Made by a program: the position numbers and the translations under genes. DNA of 61,284 bases, filler included, from Basidiobolus ranarum (lineage: Eukaryota): assembly GCA_040143965.1 (NCBI GenBank). It is 13 parts of 13 records of this genome, joined end to end, with 100 filler letters (N's around TTAATTAATTAA, not from the genome) between each part and the next. Parts side by side here need not be neighbours in the genome. Positions count along the whole stretch, not along the records: positions 47,268 to 51,876 come from JASJQH010001893.1; positions 51,977 to 56,582 come from JASJQH010001894.1; positions 56,683 to 61,284 come from JASJQH010001895.1; 10 more parts are not named here. The stretch is one strand, 5' to 3'. The number at the start of each line of letters is the position of its first letter. Within the stretch, counting starts at the first letter, position 1. Of the stretch, positions 49,334 through 61,284 are shown piece by piece. The notes beneath the pieces are model-generated. The model did not search any database. It had not been told where the DNA came from and worked only from the letters and a program-made list of their open reading frames with translations.

Positions 49334-50776
49334 TTAAACAAGAACCTTAAAGCGCTCGAAGGCGGCTTGATGAAGCTCCTCGCGGTGAGCAGGGTGAGCA
49401 ATATCAATCATGGCTCTAGCTCTTTGTAGCATGTTCTTACCAAATAGATAGGCATAACCATATTCAGTAACGATGTAATGGGCATGGTATCTGGAGGTTA
49501 CAACACCAGCGCCTAGCTTAAGGGTAGAAACAATTTTGCTTTCACCAACAGCATCAGGATTTCCCTTGACTTTAGTGGTTGAAGGAAGACAGATAATGGG
49601 GAGACCACCTTCGCTCATGGCAGCACCACGCTCGAAATCAACTTGACCACCAACACCAGAAATATGGCGAGTGCCTACAGAATCAGCACAAACTTGGCCG
49701 GTCAAATCAACCTCGATAGCGGCATTAATGGCTGCAACCTTGGGATTGCTGGCAATAACAACTGGATCGTTGGTAACGCTAACATCAACGAATGCAACTT
49801 CCGGATTATCATCAATGAAGTCGTAGAGACGATTGCTACCAACTACGAATGAGGTGACAACCTTGCCTGGAAGGAACTTCTTGTTTCTATTGGTAATGAT
49901 GCCTTTCTCCATCAAAGGAATCAACCCTTCTTGGAACATCTCGGTGTGAACTCCGAGATTCTTATGGTTAGTCAAGGAAGAAAGAACCGCGTTGGGGATG
50001 GCACCAATTCCCATTTGCAGAGTAGAACCATCATCGATCAACCCAGCAATGATTTTGCCAATTTCACGATCAGCATTAGTCATGGAGCCACTGAAATGCT
50101 CAGGCAATTTTTCGTCAACATCGGGGACTATGTAATCAAAATGATTAATATTAATCAAAGCGTCACCGTGAGTACGTGGCATATTTGGATTAATTTGAGC
50201 AATAACAATATCTGCTGTTTCAATAGCAGCGATAGAAGTGCAAGCCTCTACTCCGAGTGATACAAAGCCATGCTTGTTTGGAGGGGAGACATTTAGCAAA
50301 GCGACATTGGGACGGGTTATGTCCCTACGCATTAAGGCGGGTAGCTCGCTCAAGAAGCATGGAACATAGCTGGAAATACCCTCACGAACAGCAGCTCTTT
50401 GATTGGGGCCAACAAAGAAATTGTTAACGAAGAAAGCTTTCTTCATCTCCTCAACAGTAGGGGGAACAGGAAATTGGTCAGCCATCTGTGTAGTGGCGGT
50501 CCATGCACACATTGGATTGGGAGACTCGATATGAATGTGAATACATTCAACATTTTTAAGCTCTGGGTACCGCTTAGCAAGAGCTAAGGACAAAGTACGA
50601 GGGAAAGCAGCGACACCGTGCAAATAAACACGATCATTATCCTTTACAACAGAAACGGCTTCCTCGGCGGTGACAACTTTAGGAGTTTTTTTCGTAAAGA
50701 GTGTTCTACGAGAGGTTCTGAACAATGATCTGCTAAGAGATGCGGCACGAAGAGTAGGTTGGCGAAAAATACTCAT
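49334..50776 (-). CDS. Mitochondrial acetyl-CoA hydrolase/transferase family protein (4-hydroxybutyrate CoA-transferase-like)
   Basis: Intronless 480-aa ORF with an Arg-rich presequence; TLQMGIGAIP, LGVHTEMF, EVDLTGQVCADS and SGVGGQVDFERGA motifs. Confidence 0.93.
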   Translation of the reverse strand: MSIFRQPTLRAASLSRSLFRTSRRTLFTKKTPKVVTAEEAVSVVKDNDRVYLHGVAAFPRTLSLALAKRYPELKNVECIHIHIESPNPMCAWTATTQMADQFPVPPTVEEMKKAFFVNNFFVGPNQRAAVREGISSYVPCFLSELPALMRRDITRPNVALLNVSPPNKHGFVSLGVEACTSIAAIETADIVIAQINPNMPRTHGDALININHFDYIVPDVDEKLPEHFSGSMTNADREIGKIIAGLIDDGSTLQMGIGAIPNAVLSSLTNHKNLGVHTEMFQEGLIPLMEKGIITNRNKKFLPGKVVTSFVVGSNRLYDFIDDNPEVAFVDVSVTNDPVVIASNPKVAAINAAIEVDLTGQVCADSVGTRHISGVGGQVDFERGAAMSEGGLPIICLPSTTKVKGNPDAVGESKIVSTLKLGAGVVTSRYHAHYIVTEYGYAYLFGKNMLQRARAMIDIAHPAHREELHQAAFERFKVLV

Positions 50777-52199
50777 ATTTGTCCTAATGAAAAGGGATGC
50801 AACAGGAGCGTTGATTAGTACCTAAACTGCCATCACCTTTATATACCATTTACTGAGCGTCGGCTTGAGTTGGTACCACTTTAATGCCTCTTGGTTCGAG
50901 GAAAAACTATGTCTGACTGTGTTGGAAATGATTTGATTGTTGATTATCCGAAGCTAGAATATTATAATTAATTTCCTTTCGTACCTGTTTCAAAGGTGTC
51001 AATTTACCCATATAACTGGAAGCCCTACTATTATTTAAGAAAGCATTTCCGTGAGTAGGTAGATATTTGGCAATACTGGCGTAATCCAAAACAACGAATA
51101 TTCCCACAACCTTGCTAAATCCCAACCGATACAGGACTGTATATAGGTTGCTTTCGGGTGTAATACTCGTATTCGAACAAATAACATCTGGTGCTCATTT
51201 GATCAGGAATATATTTTAGTTAAATTAGATCTTTGGATTTGACTGACCTCCCTTGGCTTACGAAAACGACAAATGAGCTACTTCCGAAATTAAGATCATG
51301 AGGTATTCGCCCTAGATCTACATTGTTACTCAGGTCTCGGGTAGACTACACACTAGAGATGAATCAGGTCGAATTGTCATAGCATAAGTGATACAACTAC
51401 ACAGTAATTTTGATTTTCGGATGAAATATTGCTGCCAACGACCTAATACAACCTCAACGCTGCAATCCCGAGGCAGCCACCCAAATTAGGCAAGTTCTCC
51501 GCATTTTGTACTATCTTTATAGGCTGTCAGATACCGAGATATTAAAACGTCGATTTCCATCCGACGGACTCTATAACAGCGTCTGCTCCATTCCAGAATC
51601 ACACATCCTGACGGCCGATCGGTCAGTCAGACTAATCGGCCAGCTTCGCAAAATCCGGAACTATAAGAATCGTATGTAGCTGATCGCGTTTCCTCAAAAT
51701 CACCGAATTTCCATTTGTAACTACACAATCAAAAATCACTTCAGCATTGTGATCATTTAACTTGTGATTGCATTCGGTCAGCTACAATGGGATATTTTTG
51801 ACGGCAAACATACCGAAGAATACTACCCGTCTTGCTGAAGCGATTTCGATTAACTAGACCATGATCGTATCTGAATNNNNNNNNNNNNNNNNNNNNNNNN
51901 NNNNNNNNNNNNNNNNNNNNTTAATTAATTAANNNNNNNNNNNNNNNNNNNNNNNNNNNNNNNNNNNNNNNNNNNNTACATTCCACCATGGTTGAAGAAG
52001 CAATAACTGTCAAGCATGAACCTCAAGGTAGACAACTTGCTCCAACACATACTGCCATGAAACCATGGCCATGGCCAGCCAAAAGAGATCAAGCTTCTAC
52101 CATGGTTGAAGAACCAATAACTGTTGAGCACAAACCCCAAGTGGGACATTCTGGGTCAATGCACAGAACTGTATTCTGCCCAGTATCATAGTAAGATAA

Positions 52200-53281
52200 T
52201 AAAGATTCCTATTGCAACTCAACTAGGCATGACTATCAAAGATTGCGGTACAGATTCTTTCATAGTTATCGTCACTTTTACAGCCGTAAAATAAATCCAA
52301 ATCTTAATCAAAGTCTTTGCCAATCTCAAAAGAACTATATCTTTTTCTTCAGACTTCAAGTTAGAGAAACCATCAAAGTTTTATCTACCCTTGTATTTTT
52401 GAGGATTTTTGATTATTCTATTATCAGAAATAATCTTTTCCCATAAAAGTCTTCAAGCTATTGACATACTAAAGTGTGTCTTTACCCTTTGAAGATTGAG
52501 TGAAGAATATATCTCCTATTGATATTTTTAAGCTTCCAGTATAAAAAATTCAGCTTTGCTGGAAATTTGTAGTGGGATTAAGCTTTCTACTAAATATTTA
52601 AGTTAGCACCCCTATCCCACACTACTACACAGTATTATCATGTTAGCCATGGGGTAACCTATTCAAGCAATGACACATCTAAATGTGGCAGGACATTTGT
52701 TGACTGCAAGTTGGGGATATTTTGGCTGAATTCTTTATGGAAATTTGCCAAAATCCAAGAGCTTATTCTCATTATGTATGGTAACAAGAGTCAGCTATTT
52801 GACAAGTGTCAGAGCAATTCAAATTTCAGATGTTTAGCAATTTCTCCACCATTAGTTTGCTGGTAAAGTGTATTGATGGTGTTGAGTTTTGTCTCATCAG
52901 TTCAGTATGTTTGTATGTAGAGAACAAACACAACAAGATTCTTGTATTTTTGATTCTGGTTATGACTGGAAAACATAGCCTAAAACATCTAAATAAAGGC
53001 CTGCATAGTAATTAGAATTCCTACAGCAGTAAACTCAGTAATTTGCCATGTGAAAATTAGATATTTGTCAAAATGGCCAGAAATTATATTATGCATGCCA
53101 AATATGAGGTTCAATATTTTAACATGTCAGAATACTATCAAAACACTGTCAAGAAGCCACTGTCTCTCCATCAAAATCCCTGGCATAATGTAACCTACAA
53201 TATTGTGATGGTTCTCCAATGGTTTTGTGATTCAGAAGGGTTGATCGTATCCAGATCAAATCAATTTTATTTTTGTTAGGG
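52200..53281 (+). mobile_element. CACTA-like element 3' region and terminus
   Basis: 52650-52850 matches the remnants at 1310-1510 and 7630-7860. 52975-53281 matches 28406-28710 and ends in GGG. Confidence 0.55.
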
Positions 53282-53399
53282 TATATACTTGGGTATCACA
53301 GACAAAAAGGCTTGATTAATCTAATCATCCCACTTGTGGCATGATTAATTTGCAAGCTTGGATCACATCTTGCCAAAAAGTCCATTAAATATCTTGGTG

Positions 53400-54040
53400 G
53401 GTCTTTTAGTTTTTGGATGATAGGCATAGATCTTCAAATGCTTGTTATTTTGAAGTTCCAAATAGGCTCACAGTATTTTGGTCAGAAAGCTAGCTGCTCT
53501 GTACAGCAGAGTCTTGACAGGGCTTCCAAACTTCTTAAAAATTTCATGATATATGAAACTTGCAACCTGGCTCTGGTCTTCAATGGGCTCAGTAATACTT
53601 TAATTCCTAGATATTGATGGTCATTATGTAGCATCTAAACCAAGCCCAACTGGTTGGGATAGGAGCAGTAAGGAATTGGCTGATCATCAATGATAAGGCA
53701 GGGGACTTCTTCTTGCTCAACAAATTTCTCTGCTTCTGGACAAGTTGCTTTTTGTACCTGCACCTGTACACATTCTGAATGTGTTAGGGCCTCCACAAAT
53801 TGTGGCATTAATGCATGCCAATCAGATTCTTAAATGATGTTAATTTCCTTAGGCTTGTTAACTTGAAGCATCTGCCACAACATTTCCAGGTCAATAGGTA
53901 ATATCCAGGTCCAATTGTTGCAGATATTCACTCAATTATGTCATTCTTGTTGATAGCCCCTTTTTGGTACTAACATACTTTCAAGAGGTATGGTTGGTCT
54001 TCACAGTAGTCATGACTTTTTTTAAATAGCATCTTCAGAC
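53400..54040 (-). mobile_element. Ty3/gypsy-type integrase remnant
   Basis: VASFIYHEIFKKFGSP..LLYRAASFLTKIL*AYLELQNNKHLKIYAYHPKTK resembles the retroviral integrase core. Confidence 0.7.
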
Positions 54041-54949
54041 TGTTGAAATCAGGTAAATAGCAACTTATTATTAATAAGTTAGTTTATTCAGACTCTGATT
54101 ATTTAGCACTGAATTATGCCATTCAAAAATGTGTTTTTATTGCTCCAATTGATATTTCTATCAATTAGATCACTTTAACCATCTTTCACCATGCTCTCAA
54201 GACCTCTTCAAATCACCCCAAATTTTCACCCATGCCCCAAGATAGCTGTTGAAGGAATTTCTATCAATACTATTATCAACATTTTTGCATCCTCAGAGAA
54301 GTTTGATGGTGAAAACTTTCATCTTTGGAAGTTTGAGAAGTGAATGGTGCTACAAGACAGGGATCTGTGGGGAATAGTTACAGGAGAAGAAATAGAGCCA
54401 AAGAGACCACCAGAAGCTATCCGTTTCTTTAACCAGAAATAGATGAAAGCACTCTACACACTTTCTCTACATCTCAGAGACTCTCAATTAATGCACACAC
54501 AATCAGCCAAAAACATCCAAAATGCTTGGGAATCACTTGAGGGACTAAATGAGACCAAAAGTCTGGCTAATAGGCCATGTCTTAGGCAAAAATTATTCTC
54601 AATTCAGATGAAATCTGATCATTCTACGCTTAATCATATAAATTGGATAAAAGCTATGACTGATCAGCTAGCATCCATTGGAGCACTTCTAAATGAAGAT
54701 GACTTAGTCATAACACTACTTGGGGGCCTACCAGACAAGTTTGGGAACCTTATAATTGCTCTAGATTCAAGTTCAGAGCCATTAACAATGGAATATATCA
54801 GTTCTTGGCTTTTGAATGAAGAATTAAGGAGAACTATTCTCAGCAAAATAAGGCATTTTTTGTAGCTGCAAACATCCAACAGGAATTAATAATGTGGCCC
54901 CTAAAAGGAAATCAATCATATGCAAGTATTGCAAGAAACCAGGCCATAT
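54041..54949 (+). mobile_element. Ty1/copia element (second family): LTR start and disrupted gag
   Basis: TGTTGAAATC start shared with 4740-4849; EKFDGENFHLWKF...DLWGIVTGEE, DLVITLLGGLPDKF and zinc knuckle CKYCKKPGH. Confidence 0.88.
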
Positions 54950-56582
54950 CAGACTTGTTCCATTGGACCAGGTCTGATTGTATCACTCAATCCAGCCTGC
55001 TAGCACACCATCTGGCGCAATCTGCCAATTACCTTTGTTGGGTCCTATAACACTTGATTGGACACTATAAGGAACAATATGGCACTATCTCACCATATTC
55101 AGACAGGCTGATTTTTTTGGAGATATTAGGCCAGCCCATACCAACTTACCCAATTTAGTATTGCCAAATTAAGATTTTGGGTAAATGACAAAGCAAGCTC
55201 ATCCCCTAGTTTGTAATCTGCAAATTACTAAATGTGTCACAATAAGCAATTTATACTGTAACCTACCCAATCAAATGTATGACCAAGACATTTACATGTT
55301 TTTAGGCCAATCATTTTTCCATCACTAACAGAATATCCTGATTGTCAATTGGGCCCTATGGCTCCTGCATTACAAAACACCAGTAGTTTTAGCACACTGG
55401 TGACAAATCATAGCACTTGATGATGGATCAATCTGCAGTATGATGGTAATGATCAGGATTGCTTGATTCATTATTTTTAGATCAGCTAATTATTCATTCA
55501 ATCTTGTAAGCATCTATTTGGTTGAGAATATGAATGGATTGAGCATATCAAGCCAATACAGCTGCACAAGCTTTTTATTGACACATATTTTTCATTTAAT
55601 CATAGTGAATTTGCTTGTGTTTATAGGCTAACATTGATTTTTTTGATATATGACAATTTCATTCTGTCTGTGTTTCATAAAGACAGAAGCAATCATGATC
55701 CATCTAATGGAATTGATGTTATATTTAACTGCAATCCATATTAATTTTCTATAGACTTGTTCCATTGGACCAGGTCAGATTGTATCACTTGATCCAGCCT
55801 GCTGGTACACCATCTGGCATGATCTGTCAAATACCAAGGCTGGGTCCTGTAACACTCAATTGGACACTATAAGGAACAATATGGCACTATCCCACCATAA
55901 TTGAACACAATGATTTTATTGGAGATAATGTGCCAGCCCATACCAAGTTACCCGATTTAGTATTGCCAAGTTACAATTTTGGGTAACTGACAAAGTAAGT
56001 TCATCCCCTAGTTTGTAACTTACAAATTACTGAATGTGTATTAATAAACAATTTATACTGTAACTTACCAAATCAAATGTATAACCAAGACATTCACATG
56101 TTTTTAGGCCAATCATTTGTCCCTCACTAACATAGTATCCCAATTTTCAATTGGGCACAACAGCTCCTGTGTCACAAAACACCAGTAGCTTTGGCACACC
56201 GGTGACAAATCACAGTACTGAATGATGGATCAATCTGCAATATGATAGCAGTGATCAGGATCACTTGATTTATCATTTTTAGATCAGCAAATTATTCATT
56301 CAATTGTGTAAGCTTCTAATTGGGTGAAAATGTGAACAGATTGAGCAATATTGAGCCAATACAGCTGTGCAAGCTTTTTATTGACAGACATTTTTCATTT
56401 GATTGTAGTGAAATTGCTTGTATTAATAGGCTATCATTGATTTTTTTGAGATATGTTGATTTCATGCTATCAGTGTTTCATAAACACATAGACAACTTTA
56501 ATCTAACTAAAGCAATTTATGCTATATTTAACTGCGATCCATATTGATTTTGCATGATGTGCTAAACAGTAAAGATGGGATA
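54950..56582 (+). repeat. Two head-to-tail copies of about 800 bp of a hAT-like element end
   Basis: Copies start CAGACTTGTTCCATTGGACC (54950) and TAGACTTGTTCCATTGGACC (55752); an inverted homolog lies at 29238-30058. Confidence 0.8.
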
Positions 56583-56682
56583 NNNNNNNNNNNNNNNNNN
56601 NNNNNNNNNNNNNNNNNNNNNNNNNNTTAATTAATTAANNNNNNNNNNNNNNNNNNNNNNNNNNNNNNNNNNNNNNNNNNNN

Positions 56683-58106
56683 GATTTCTCTCGAGGGTAT
56701 TGAGTTTCCGTCTTATTCCAATTCAGTAGTAAGTTCTCTCGCTCCTGATTCTCTAAGAGATTGATCTCTCTTAGAAGTTGAGAAGGAAATGTGGCTACAG
56801 ATTCCAGTAGTCGTACTAAGATTTGTTGCATCCTAATGATCGATTTCTGTTCGAAAGCATCTGGATTGTAAGTGAAATCTACTTTGAGATGCTTATCAAC
56901 CTTCCAAACATGAATTTCTAATTCGTACATGGTAGACATCTCATATCCTTCTACAGCGCTAACAGTTAAATTCTCCATCTGAACATTGCCGATACACCAG
57001 TCATGCAAGTCAAAAAACACCTCTAAATTTTTATGTCCTTCAGCATTATCGGCTCTAAATTCCGACATTAACTTTTGCCAGGGCCAGCCTCGATGTTGTA
57101 AGATGTCTGATAACCTCTTCTCAACTTCCCCTAGATGTTGGGTAAACGTTTTATCATCTCGAATTTCAGAACGGATAATCTGAGTGGTGTTGTAAAGGCC
57201 AATGTTCTCTTGAGTTTTGACGAAGTCTAAATTCGAGGCAAGTGCGTTATCTGTGGTATTGGTAAGGTGATAAAGGAGGATTTGAATTGCGGACAAGAGA
57301 GTACTGAACAGAGATGTTTGATTTTGTACACTAATTTGAACTAATTGATTGGTCAACACTTCGGGAAGGCATATATGCTCTGTAAATGCACGATGGACAG
57401 GGGTAGGTAGTCGAACTTTATCAACAGGCAATGTTGCGTGATTGAGGTCCGCCAATTGCCCCTCCCAGAACTCAAGTTGGGTTTTCAAAACATCGTCGGG
57501 TATTTGTTCTTGTAGGATGCCACCAGATTTATTGTCCATTTGAAGTAGCGACTGTTCTCCTTGAGTATGGGCATTGTATAAAGTAGAGAGTTCTTGTTGA
57601 ATAACCCCAACTAAATTCATATTGGCAGCGATACGATGAATGGTAATGATTAACAAGTGCTTCTTTAAATCAAATCGAAGAAGCTTGCCGCGTATCGGAA
57701 ATTCTTGAGTCAAATCGAACTTTTTTCCAACCTCGCTTTCGACCAAAGAGCTAATTACCTCCTTTCTGGGCAAGTCGGATGAAGTTTGTTCAACGAACGG
57801 AAGATTCAGGTTTTCCATATCTCCGATAACCAGATTAGGAACAGTACTCTCAACGATTCTTGTACGAAGAAGTACATGACGATGAAGTATTTTTGCAAAA
57901 CTGTCTTTCAGTGCTCTGCTATCAATTGAACCCTCCAAAAATAGTGCAAGGGACAAGTTATTTGCGGAAGTAGCTGCGGGACTCTTCTCAATTTCCCATA
58001 GATACTCTTGCTCCAACAGAAGATTTGAGTCATCCTTCATATCGTTTAGTGGCAGCGAGGAGAGTCCACTGTTTGGGCAACTTTGCGTTTCCTTTAAGGT
58101 TAACAT
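56683..58106 (-). CDS. Non-ribosomal peptide synthetase, N-terminal condensation-like domain (truncated by contig edge)
   Basis: Uninterrupted ORF with ILHRHVLLRT, FDLTQEFPIRGKL, HRIAAN, QLEFWEGQLAD, LPVDKVR, YNPDAF and the C-to-A linker LLLNWNKTETQYPRE. First ATG at 58106. Confidence 0.9.
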
Positions 58107-58686
58107 ACTAAAAGTCTTCAATACGACGGATGGATCTTTAGTTACTTGAACTGGTATCTTTCGACTCTATTAAATAGTTTGGCCACTATGCTTCAATTAG
58201 TTAGTGCAACTTCGTGGCCTATTGTCAATATCATTGGTATACCACAGGAACTAACTCACTTGTTTTACCCTTGGCTTATTTCGTTATCATCTTCATCGCA
58301 CAAAGCACCATCAAAGTAACACACTGTATAAATATATGTACATGATTTCCACCGCACTCTTCCACCATAATCTTTCTCCATGCTCTTGGCTTCCGTATGG
58401 CACATCTGAGATTGTTTTTTGCTTCTGTATCACACATCTGAGATAATTCCCGTAGCAGATCTACATTCGACCATTGTGGATATTTTGCATTCTTCATCTC
58501 ACTTTTGATGATTATAGATGAAATAAAGTATTGGTATGGTAGATCTGAGGGCTAGGTAAGTATGCGGTCACATACCCCGTACTGGCTAATAACCAACCGT
58601 GCTAGTGTACGAAGTGACATCACATTACAGTCTACCAATGGACAGCAAACCATTGCAGTACACAAATTCTTTTAGATAATACCAAA

Positions 58687-58756
58687 CATTGATCGAAGTG
58701 AAAAATATCAAGCATTGATCGAAGTGAAAAATATCAAGCATTGATCGAAGTGAAAA
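58687..58756. repeat. 26-bp minisatellite, about 2.7 copies
   Basis: Unit CATTGATCGAAGTGAAAAATATCAAG. Confidence 0.9.
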
Positions 58757-60260
58757 TTAGAGATCTAGTCTAAGATCTGTATGGCATTATTGGATTATTA
58801 AATACTGAGTTGCATGCTTCGTAATTGTTAAATATTTTTATTGATAAGAACTTGGGGTGGCGTTGATGAGAGTCACGTGTTAGAGTGGAGTTAGCTAACC
58901 TATCTAATATCACAAATTGGAGAACTGATGGCTGATGGCTGATAGAGCGTATAAGAGACATGGTCAGTATATCATAGGAATGGCCCTCCAACTTCATTGC
59001 CCAGAAGTACCTTGCTATTGCTCCATATCTTACTATTGGTCCCTCACAAAGGTTACCATGATTAAACCGATACTGGCTTCGTGTGTGAGGATCAAGTGTG
59101 AGGATCCTTACCTGACTTAGACTTAGATAGCGGGTAGATGAAAATAGGCATGTGTTTGGCCTTGTTGGGTTTCATCTCCTGGTCTCATTTCAGTAATAAT
59201 CTAATGGCTGCTAGGGCTAGGGTTAAGGTTAACTGTCAACAATTCCACTATTAATTCCATTGAACGATACCATGTGAATACGAGTAATCACAAGATAAAT
59301 TAAGTTTCAGGAGTAAGTCGATAAAGTTAATGATCACCACTCGGATGTACTTGCATAATTCCCAAAAAGAAGGAATGAAAATGCGAGAGTTAATATCAAA
59401 TGAAAAGTACGGCTCCAACGGACTGTTCCAACTGACGGCCTTATCAATTGCGATTATAACAAATACATTTAGATACTCCTCTCACTCGTTGAAACAAGTA
59501 GCTCGAAGTGTGGTAAATATGATGGTTAGTTGAAATGAGCACCTGCCGAAGATTCGGGCCGAGTGTCACACTAAACTAACAAACAAATGGCCCAGTGGAT
59601 TACTTGCAGACAGAGTTTGGCTTTGATTTGCTGGAGTTGTTGAAATTGCCAAATGGGTATCATAGGGGTATATCAGGCGTATTAATGGATTAATGCCATA
59701 TCTAGGCTGGATGCGAGTAAAATTAGAGTAAAATTAGACCAGTTATTTCTTAGCATTTCTTGGTGCTAGGCAGGAAGTAGGTAGTACAGGAAAGCTAAAT
59801 ACAAAGGCAACCATTGGCCAATCATTTCTAATAACTTACGTAATGCTGATGCGTATGGTACAAACTTAGGGTTAGGTACAAGCAAACCTTTATGGTTAAG
59901 ATCACTGGTCAAACATAATTAGCCATCATATGTCAAGCTCATGCAAACTCAGTTACAAGCAATCCCTGTACTGGGTTAGATATGTAGGAATACAAACCTG
60001 GATTGGAAATTCATCGCCATAAGCACATAACATTTGTTGTGGCTGTGAATGTATAGATAGTTAGTTCACCATTGCATATTGATTGACTATTTTCCAGCAA
60101 CAGAGCTATCTTTGCTATTGATTGGCTGCTTTTCGTAAGATCTAAAAATTTCTTTCATAGAGCAGATTACTTAGAATTGGATTGTTGTAGAATCAGCCTT
60201 GTAAGCAATCAGTTAAATACATATGCCCAATGTGAAAAGCTAATGTGATAAATTATATTG

Positions 60261-60331
60261 GTTATCCTACGGTTATTGACTAGTTATCCTACGGTTATTG
60301 ACTAGTTATGTTATCCTACGGTTATTGACTA
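60261..60331. repeat. 22-bp tandem repeat, 3 copies
   Basis: Unit GTTATCCTACGGTTATTGACTA; a 5-nt partial unit precedes the third copy. Confidence 0.9.
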
Positions 60332-60838
60332 GAATAGTTGATGTATCTATAATACACAAAATCTTCCTTTCCTACGTAGAAGTGGCTGCGTTAACCACAA
60401 AACAATCTATATAGATTTTCTTTTGTAGAACATTGATTGGCTATGTGACAAGTGTAACAGACTGAGCCAGTAGTGACAGTCTATTGCGCTTATGGAATGC
60501 GGGATTTCAGAAAAGAGCATCACAATGTAAGCGACCTCGGAAGAAGTATTGATATCAATCAATACTTCTAACTAACCCTAACCCTTGATATCAATCAATA
60601 CTTCGAGTAGCACATTCACAGGCAATACTGAAGTTGCTCAGCACATTCATTGCAACATTGCTTTATGCAGTCCTGGTTATTCAACTACTTACAATTTGTA
60701 TCTGTTTCATTCTTTGAAAAATCTTGGAAATATAATATAGATCTGGATGGAGTTCTGGTAGCACTGTCATTTAAATGACATCGCTGATGTCAAGAAACGT
60801 TGCCATACTGGTGTTCCTTCCAACAAGAAGCATTACAG

Positions 60839-61236
60839 TTAGGGGGGATGAAAAGCACCATATGGTGTGAGCTTTATTTAGCTTAAATCCCAATCTAAAC
60901 AAAGTGACAATCAAGACATTAATCTTTTAAGAAATTGTGACAATACTGGATCATATCCATACTTAACTTAGGGTGTAGGTGTTCTAGTAAGGGTAAGGGA
61001 GGGTAAGGATGGAAAGAGGGGGTTTGGGGGATGCAATCCCCCATGTACACCCTTCTGTCACAATATACTAAAGTCACTAGTATATGAGAAGAATTGGGCT
61101 AGCCCTTAGGGGGGATGAAAAGCACCAGATGGTGTGGACTTTATTTAGCTTAAATACTAATCTAAACAAAGTCACAATCAAGAAATCAATCTTTTAAGAT
61201 ATTGTGACAATACTGGATTGTATCCATACTTAACCT
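60839..61236. repeat. Diverged direct repeat of about 130 bp flanking a G/C-rich hairpin
   Basis: TTAGGGGGGATGAAAAGCACCA...ATCCATACTTAAC at 60839 and 61106, with TGGGGGATGCAATCCCCCA between them. Confidence 0.8.
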
Positions 61237-61284
61237 GATGACCAATGTAATCAAGCTCAGAGGATGTAAATATAGTGTTAAGGG

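Noticed and set aside
58687-60331. Short direct repeats considered as a CRISPR array
   Set aside because: Units are contiguous without unique spacers, there are no cas genes, and the context is eukaryotic.

Overview
The window is not one locus. It holds 13 unrelated contigs of about 4.6 kb, sorted by decreasing length (4639 to 4602 bp) and joined by 100-nt N44-TTAATTAATTAA-N44 linkers. The source is an AT-rich fungal genome with short introns, probably an early-diverging lineage (Basidiobolus-like is my inference, not proven). Four contigs (1, 2, 7, 12) are CpG-poor mosaics of decayed CACTA-like, Ty1/copia, Ty3/gypsy and hAT-like transposons. The gene contigs carry an MPP-beta/core 1 family peptidase, a 7TM-like orphan, a Pho85-type cyclin, a C2 protein, a Pex23/24-family peroxin, XDH, CK2 alpha, TIM22, TFA1, PEX14, SEN34, a CoA-transferase, and partial alpha/beta-hydrolase, Zn2Cys6, PDR-ABC and NRPS genes. 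The most striking item is contig 8 (33127-37744). It carries 12 intact tRNA genes plus a half tRNA-Asp, and its first and last 111 nt are identical, so it is probably a collapsed 4507-bp tandem (or circular) multi-tRNA repeat unit. Contig 9 holds four more tRNA genes around an NmrA-like pseudogene.
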